DNA of 64,000 nt from the NCBI GenBank assembly GCA_963665115.1, contig OY762007.1, forward strand, positions 6,624,001-6,688,000. The letters are read 5' to 3'. This document shows positions 57,761-64,000 of this stretch, piece by piece; the first letter of the stretch is position 1, and each line of letters begins with the position of its first letter. The translations under genes were made by a program, and so were the position numbers. Source of the stretch: an uncultured Rivularia sp. GTDB taxonomy: Bacteria; Cyanobacteriota; Cyanobacteriia; Cyanobacteriales; Nostocaceae. The notes below the pieces were generated by a model that was given only the letters and a program-made list of their open reading frames with translations, was not told the DNA's origin and searched no databases.

Positions 57761-58024
57761 GTGAGTTCCAAACCACTACCAAAAACAGAAGCCCATGTGA
57801 GGATTACCCGACAATCGTGGGAAGACGGTTTGCTAAAAGGAGAAGTAATAGCAGGTGAATTTCAGTGGCAGTTTCAATGGCATTTTCGTCAAGGAGATTT
57901 GTCAATTACACCCTCCCAAGGACGAGCATTAATCAAAGAACCTCTCAGTCGCTTTTTAGAACAAAAAGACTATCAGCTAGAGCCCGGTGGAGATTACGCT
58001 TTTACAATTCGAGCCGACATTTGA
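57761..58024 (+). CDS. DUF3146-like cyanobacterial protein
   Basis: LPKTEAHVRI...F.W.F.W.F...GRALIKEPL.RFLE..DY.LEPGGDY. Confidence 0.85.
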   Translation: MSSKPLPKTEAHVRITRQSWEDGLLKGEVIAGEFQWQFQWHFRQGDLSITPSQGRALIKEPLSRFLEQKDYQLEPGGDYAFTIRADI

Positions 58025-58100
58025 ATCAATTATCGGTGAACAATTAACAAGTATCAATTATCAATTATCAATTACATTCCCCTTGTCCCCCCATCTCAAA

Positions 58101-58535
58101 TTACTCAGTCAAACGATTGAGATATCTTTCGATCAGCAAAATAGCAACAATATCATCAATGGGGCGTGGTGGTGTTCGCATTCCTTTGGGTAATAGTTTA
58201 GTCAATCCTTTGGGTGGGTACATCAGCCAGTAACGATCGCGTGCTTCCAAACTTGAATAGCGCTCATCGACTAAAATAATATTTACCGTCGGGGATAATT
58301 TTTCTTCTATTTGCTGTTTCCAACGTTTTGATGTGGTTTGGTTGCCCATTACTAATAAGGAAATGGGATATTTTTCATATAAATCCCCAATAGTGACGAT
58401 CGCCTCCTGAGAGGATACAACTTCGTGATACTGGAGTTGTCTATCAAGTCCCATCACGGCTACGCCACATTTATCTTTTCCTGGATCGAAACCCAAAATT
58501 ACCGAATCCGAAGGTGAAAATTTACGGGAAGTCAT
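58101..58535 (-). CDS. yqgF: YqgF/RuvX pre-16S rRNA nuclease
   Basis: LGFDPG..KCGVA, VDERYSS and DDIVA motifs. Confidence 0.88.
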   Translation of the reverse strand: MTSRKFSPSDSVILGFDPGKDKCGVAVMGLDRQLQYHEVVSSQEAIVTIGDLYEKYPISLLVMGNQTTSKRWKQQIEEKLSPTVNIILVDERYSSLEARDRYWLMYPPKGLTKLLPKGMRTPPRPIDDIVAILLIERYLNRLTE

Positions 58536-58631
58536 ATAAATACTACTAAAATATTACTAATAAATATTGCTAAAATAATTGATTATTCAGACTATTCCCC
58601 GTTAAGAGTTCCCTATTGCCTAACCATCATT

Positions 58632-60164
58632 TCACGTACTAAAAATAATTTGTCCATTTAACATTGCGACAATTTTAACTTTTAACGGCCCGGCTCTGTA
58701 AGTATCTTCTGCCGCAACAGCTTTGATATCTAATGATTGATTGTACTGCCGCAACAAGGTTACAAATCGAATAATAGTACCATCTATTTGAATACTTTCT
58801 AAAATACCAGCATTACGAGCGCGAAATTGAGAAGCACTAATCAATAATTCTAGTCGCTGGCTTACTTGTTCGGGTGTCATGTTTTGAGGATCTGCTGTAG
58901 TAGTTGCTAGCACCTCTCCTCTTTGAAAGACGACTTGATTGGGTGCTGCATCAGCAAAAAATTCGATGCGTTTTTCTCCCCGAACATAATTTCCTGCGGA
59001 AAATATTCTCACTACATATTCTCTACCATCATCAATCTGCTTGCTCAATTGCTGAATTTGTTTTGCAGTTGCAAACAGAATTGATGTTTTCCCATCTTTT
59101 GATAAATTGCTTCCGGGTTCGCTTAATCTTCTCAGAGCCGAACTGTTGGCTTCCTGCAATAATTTAATTACTGCTTGTTTGCCAGCTTCAGGTTTTTCGA
59201 CACGAACTACTGCTTCTGCAATAACTTGTCCCCTGATTAAAGCTAGCTTACCCAAACGCAAATCTCGATTGGATTGCCCTAATTTTGCGAGCTGCCGCTC
59301 TAAAGAAGCCTGCTGTCTTTCCAACTCCAAAAGGCGCGTTTGCTTTTCGTTAATCACTTTCTGACGTTGAGCAATCATTTTCTCGCGTGATGTGATTTCC
59401 GAATTACGCTCTTGGATTTGTTTATCTAGTTGAACAATTTTTTCATCGCGCTTTTCAATCGCTTCTTGACGATTGGCTAATTCGCGATCGCGCTTGTTAA
59501 TTGCAGTTTCAGCTTGAGCTAGGGCTTTTTTGGCATCTGCAATCAATCGTCTTCTGTCTTCCTTTAGCTGTAAGCTTTCTGCCCTTAGCTGCTCGATTTC
59601 TTTAATTTTGCTGTCTCTTTGATCGATGATGCTTTGCAGCTCGTCAATAGCTGTTTTGTAGCGAGTAGCAACTTGATTTAGTTTCTGTTGGGTACTTTGC
59701 AATAAAGCTTGAGTGCGGGCTTGCTGCTTGATGGTTTTATTGAGTAGGGCTTGGGTTAATCTTTGTTTGGCGTTTGCAGCTTGCAGGGAGCGGTTAGTAG
59801 CCTGTAAACTTCTTTGTGCTTGTGCTTGCTGATTCCGTGCCTCTGCTAACTCTCTTTTAGTGATTTCTAAATTATTCGCCGTACCTTCAAGTTGTTCTCG
59901 TTTCCTTCTCAAATCTTTTTGAATATCCTCAAGCTCAAACACTCCCTTACGCAATCCTTCATCAGCCAAAAATAAAATCGCTAAAGTTGATGCCGAAATG
60001 AGAATTCCCGTCAAAATCGTCACCACAACAGCAGTCTTTTTGGGACGCAGGTTGAAAAGTGAAAGCCGTTTCTTGCCCACCCGCGTGCCAATGCGATCGC
60101 CGACGGTAGCAATTACGCCTCCTAAAATTAAGATTACTGTTATCAGGATAAACGCGGTGGTCAT
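58632..60164 (-). CDS. DUF3084 membrane-anchored coiled-coil protein
   Basis: GG.IATVGDRIG..VGKKRLSLF.LRP followed by a long coiled coil; typical ntcA-downstream gene. Confidence 0.88.
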   Translation of the reverse strand: MTTAFILITVILILGGVIATVGDRIGTRVGKKRLSLFNLRPKKTAVVVTILTGILISASTLAILFLADEGLRKGVFELEDIQKDLRRKREQLEGTANNLEITKRELAEARNQQAQAQRSLQATNRSLQAANAKQRLTQALLNKTIKQQARTQALLQSTQQKLNQVATRYKTAIDELQSIIDQRDSKIKEIEQLRAESLQLKEDRRRLIADAKKALAQAETAINKRDRELANRQEAIEKRDEKIVQLDKQIQERNSEITSREKMIAQRQKVINEKQTRLLELERQQASLERQLAKLGQSNRDLRLGKLALIRGQVIAEAVVRVEKPEAGKQAVIKLLQEANSSALRRLSEPGSNLSKDGKTSILFATAKQIQQLSKQIDDGREYVVRIFSAGNYVRGEKRIEFFADAAPNQVVFQRGEVLATTTADPQNMTPEQVSQRLELLISASQFRARNAGILESIQIDGTIIRFVTLLRQYNQSLDIKAVAAEDTYRAGPLKVKIVAMLNGQIIFST

Positions 60165-60550
60165 ATAATCTTGCCGAATTCATCCTTCTACATACAGGCT
60201 ACTACTTTCAGTTATTGTGTGTGAGAAAAGGCAAATAATGCAAGAGCTAAATATACTTAATTTGCAAGTGTGTCTTACTTCAATTGCCAAAATTTTTATT
60301 TTACACTTGTGTCTTCTTTTTAACCCGATTCGATCGGGAAAAAAAATCATTCAAAAAATTTAAAAAAATTGGTAGCAGCCTTAATTATCATTTATCTGCT
60401 ACCAAAATAAAATCATCTGTAATGTTAACCGGATCGCTTAGTCATTGCCGGTACAATTATTCCAGATGTATTTTTTCCTCACGGCAAATCAACTAAATCA
60501 ATATAGACCTCCTAATAATATGCAGCAGACGCTAAATTCTTCAACACATT

Positions 60551-61222
60551 TTAAGTAAATTGCCGACTTAAAGTAACTGGCTTGTGTACGGTAATTTTCT
60601 TCTTGTGTATAGAAATCATCTTTTTTTCTCGTAAATCGCCTAATAATCTTGTAACGGTAACGCGAGTAGAACCAATTGCTTCAGCAATTGCTTGATGAGA
60701 TAACTTTAAATCGATAGTTATTCCATCAGCACAAGGAACTCCAAAATCTCGGCACAGAATTAGTAAAAAGCTCACTAATCTAGAACCCATATCTCGGTGA
60801 GCAAGAGTTTCAATCATCATCTCTGTCTGCAAGATTCGCGAGGAAAGTCCTCGCAGCATCAACATAGATAATTCTGGATTTTCTTTGAGTGCTTGCTCTA
60901 CTTGTTCAATTGGAGCCGAGAGCAATTCTACTGGCGTGAATGCTACCGCATGATAAAACCTATCCGATTTGTTTCCTGTTAATAAGGACAAAACTCCAAA
61001 AACACTATTTTCTCGGAGCAATGCCACCGTTATTTCTTCTCCTGCCTCATACACTCTGGAGAGCTTCACGGCACCTTTGAGAAGAAAATAAACTCGTTCT
61101 GCTGGATCGCCCGGAAAAAATATAGTTTTGTTGCGTTCAAATGTTTCTACAACTGGTGGAAAAGCTCCAGTTGCCATTTGTCTAAACACATTTGCTAGGG
61201 CTTTATCTTGTGTCACAATCAT
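60551..61222 (-). CDS. ntcA: Global nitrogen regulator NtcA
   Basis: [19 protein letters not shown]...[12 protein letters not shown]; 223 aa from the second ATG. Confidence 0.99.
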
Positions 61223-61310
61223 CTCCCTTCCCCTACCCAATGCCGGAATAAATAAAACAGATTACCGTATAATACACTTGAAAAATCAAGATTACATTGT
61301 GAACCTTTTT

Positions 61311-61324
61311 GTACTTTCCTATAC
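61311..61324. promoter_or_regulatory. NtcA box (autoregulation)
   Basis: Perfect GTA-N8-TAC (GTACTTTCCTATAC) about 95 bp upstream of the ntcA start. Confidence 0.85.
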
Positions 61325-61597
61325 TTAACCTCACAACCTCATTACTATTTGTTCATCATGATACATAAATTTTAGCTCCTAAAGCTACTTATTTTTAACA
61401 CTTTAAAAGTTAGTTCATAGAAGTAAGTTATTTAGATGAAGAAATATTTAAAATATCATAAAAAAAACGGTAATTAAAGTAGCAGAATTTTAACAAGAAT
61501 TATTATTGCATCCCATAGATCGTACTTAAAAGATAATATAAATCAGTCTAATATCTAGTATGCTCAACCATGAACCATTTTTGAGTAGGTCATTTTT

Positions 61598-62375
61598 ATG
61601 CTGGATTTAACAGGGAAAAACGCGCTTGTTACAGGTATTGCTAATAACCGTTCAATTGCTTGGGGTATAGCCCAACAACTGCATAAGGCAGGAGCAAATA
61701 TTGGTGTCACCTATTTACCTGACGAGAAAGGAAAAATGGAGAAAAAGGTCAAAGATTTGGTGGAACCGCTTTCTCCCAGTTTGTTTTTGCCATGTAATGT
61801 CCAAGATGACGAGCAAGTAAAATCTACTTTTGATTCCATCAAGGACAAATGGGGTTCTATAGATATTTTGATTCATTGTCTTGCTTTCGCCAAAAAAGAC
61901 GACTTAACCGGAGGTTTTAGCGAAACTTCTCGCGCAGGCTTCAATTTAGCTTTGGAAATCAGTGCTTATTCCCTAGCTTTATTAGCTGGTGCTGCTAAAC
62001 CTTTAATGTCCGAGGGAGGAAGCATTGTGACTCTTACTTACTTGGGTGGTGTTAGAGCTATTCCCAATTACAACGTCATGGGAGTTGCTAAAGCAGCATT
62101 AGAATCGAGCGTGCGTTATCTAGCAGCAGAACTTGGAGAGCAAAATATTCGCGTCAATGCAATTTCGGCTGGTCCCCATTCGTACTTTAGCTTCAAGCGC
62201 GGTGGGTGGCATTTTAGATATGATTCATCATGTGGAAGAGATTGCTCCCCTCAAACGTACTGTTACCCAGCTAGAAGTGGGTAATGCAGCAGCTTTCTTA
62301 TCTAGCGACTTAGCAAGTGGAATTACAGGGCAAGTTCTCTATGTTGATGCGGGCTATGAAATCATGGGAATGTGA
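61598..62375 (+). CDS. fabI: Enoyl-ACP reductase, apparent +1 frameshift at 62174-62177
   Basis: GIANNRSIAWGIA and YNVMGVAK; removing one C restores ISAGPIRTLASS...YVDAG. Confidence 0.95.
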
Positions 62376-62513
62376 TTCTAATCGTTTCCTATATTTTTAA
62401 TATTTTCTTTCTTATTTGCTGTCTTTGAATTATTAGCCATCAGATTTGAAATCTGGGGCTATAAAAGCGAAGCCCACCGTCGCGGTGGGTTAATAACTAT
62501 TCGAGCAGATAAA

Positions 62514-62633
62514 CTAGAGGAATTTTTTTTAGGGCTGCAACAATTATATTCTCATCAATCTTCCCAAGAAGGTACGGTACTTGGTTTGAGTCTATGCGAA
62601 AGTATTGTCGAGCAAATGGGTAGCAAAATTTAT
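62514..62633 (+). pseudogene. Histidine kinase HATPase_c fragment
   Basis: Translates to LEEFFLGLQQLYSHQSSQEGTVLGLSLCESIVEQMGSKIY, a degenerate F-box/G2-box. Confidence 0.55.
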
Positions 62634-62775
62634 CAAATACGACATTTAGCCGAAGCTTATCAGCTTAAAAAGCTCAAAGAACTACTCAAAAAATATCTCA
62701 AACAGAGTCGTACTTTGGGCTGCACAATTAGAACATCGCGGACAGCAAATAAAGCATAAGCTCGAAAAAAGAAAC

Positions 62776-63027
62776 TTAAAATTTTGTATCAGTCAAATCT
62801 CTAATTAACGGTGTTCTTGAACCAAGATATTTCGAGAGATTATGACTGTCTTCCGGACTCAGAAAAGATGCTTTTTCTACCTCACCAATTAATTTTTGGA
62901 TTAATTCGCCATCTGAAAGCTTTAAAAGACTTACAGGATTTAATGTCTCTACGAAAGCCCACACCATGCGGATGATCTTTATATCTAAATCCATTTTGTA
63001 AAACCTAGAACAACGGAAATATACCAA
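62776..63027 (-). CDS. Small hypothetical protein
   Basis: W.FVE...LLKLSD.EL...YL.SR..LIRDL pattern; start probably at MDLD. Confidence 0.7.
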   Translation of the reverse strand: MVYFRCSRFYKMDLDIKIIRMVWAFVETLNPVSLLKLSDGELIQKLIGEVEKASFLSPEDSHNLSKYLGSRTPLIRDLTDTKF

Positions 63028-63326
63028 TCGGGAATCTTAAGAAAGTATTAAAATAATACATTCATCTAAATTGTTGTACACCTATAGCCAGCAATATCTA
63101 GCTGTAGGTGTAAAGCATTGTCTGTCTAGAGATATAATTTTCAATGCAGTTCGATCGAATTGGGATTTAGATTTCCGCTGGAGGGAGGTTGAGAATTTCA
63201 AATTATCTAGTGGTATTATTTAATCCAAAATCGCTGTAGAAACGCATCCGTTGTTAAAATACAGAATTTAAAATTTCACCCCTCAAGAGATAATATAATC
63301 AAAGTATTTTTATCAGTACGGCTATC

Positions 63327-63986
63327 ATGCGCTCAATCGAACATCCCGAAATCTCTTCTAATCAAAGCAGTTCAAATAATAACAATTTTAGTTTTAATCC
63401 TCGCACCGCTACCGTTAGCCGTACTACCGGGGAAACGGACGTGCAAGTTACCCTTAATTTGGATGGTACTGGTAACTGTAACGCTCAAACCGGGATTCCA
63501 TTTTTAGATCATATGCTGCATCAAATTTCCTCCCACGGACTGATTGACTTGGATGTCCGAGCTACTGGAGATATAGAAATTGATGACCATCATACCAATG
63601 AAGATGTAGGAATTACATTAGGAAAAGCTTTGGCACAAGCACTTGGCGATCGCAAAGGAATTGTCCGCTTCGGTCATTTTGTGGCTCCTCTTGATGAAGC
63701 TTTGGTTCAAATAGCTTTGGACTTTTCGGGAAGACCTCATTTAACTTATGGTTTAGAAATTCCCACTCAAAGAGTTGGAACTTACGACACTCAGTTGGTG
63801 AGAGAATTTTTTGTTGCTATTGTTAATAACAGCCAGATGACATTACATATTCGTCAACTTGACGGTGTTAATTCCCATCACATTATTGAAGCGACATTTA
63901 AAGCGTTTGCTAGAGCAATGCGAATGGCTACGGAAATTGATCCAAGACGGGCAAGTACGATACCTAGTTCTAAAGGTGTTTTGTAA
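63327..63986 (+). CDS. hisB: Imidazoleglycerol-phosphate dehydratase
   Basis: [28 protein letters not shown] and PSSKGVL motifs. Confidence 0.98.
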   Translation: MRSIEHPEISSNQSSSNNNNFSFNPRTATVSRTTGETDVQVTLNLDGTGNCNAQTGIPFLDHMLHQISSHGLIDLDVRATGDIEIDDHHTNEDVGITLGKALAQALGDRKGIVRFGHFVAPLDEALVQIALDFSGRPHLTYGLEIPTQRVGTYDTQLVREFFVAIVNNSQMTLHIRQLDGVNSHHIIEATFKAFARAMRMATEIDPRRASTIPSSKGVL

Positions 63987-64000
63987 TTGGTAATTGGTAA

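Overview
Chromosomal window (low GC, many HIP1 GCGATCGC sites, heptamer STRR arrays) from a filamentous, probably heterocyst-forming (Nostocales-type) cyanobacterium. Most of it is core genes: ahcY, fmt, minCDE, gdhA, a low-oxygen acsF-ho-hemN cluster, ycf4-psbDC, SWIM/SNF2, pnp, yqgF, ntcA, fabI and hisB. There are two accessory zones. The first (1-3.7 kb) is a defence/toxin-antitoxin island: a DruA/DUF4338-like gene converging on three tandem TA pairs (VapBC45-like, Panacea plus an unusual Cys-insert MazF-like toxin, and HigBA). The second (25.6-30.3 kb) holds an NLR-like STAND P-loop ATPase with no effector domain. Its C-terminus, mostly missed by the ORF track, is 14 near-identical 144-bp/48-aa TPR-like repeats whose variation is concentrated in a few hypervariable codons, and orphan antitoxins follow it. 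This is the best candidate for an undescribed, recombination-diversified sensor system. Also present: a 189-aa mini-intein in the SNF2 Walker A motif, nested MITE/REP-like elements with covarying stems, and four +1 frameshifts (STAND-TPR, ho, SNF2, fabI) that are probably sequencing errors. All family assignments come from motif recognition; no database searches were run.
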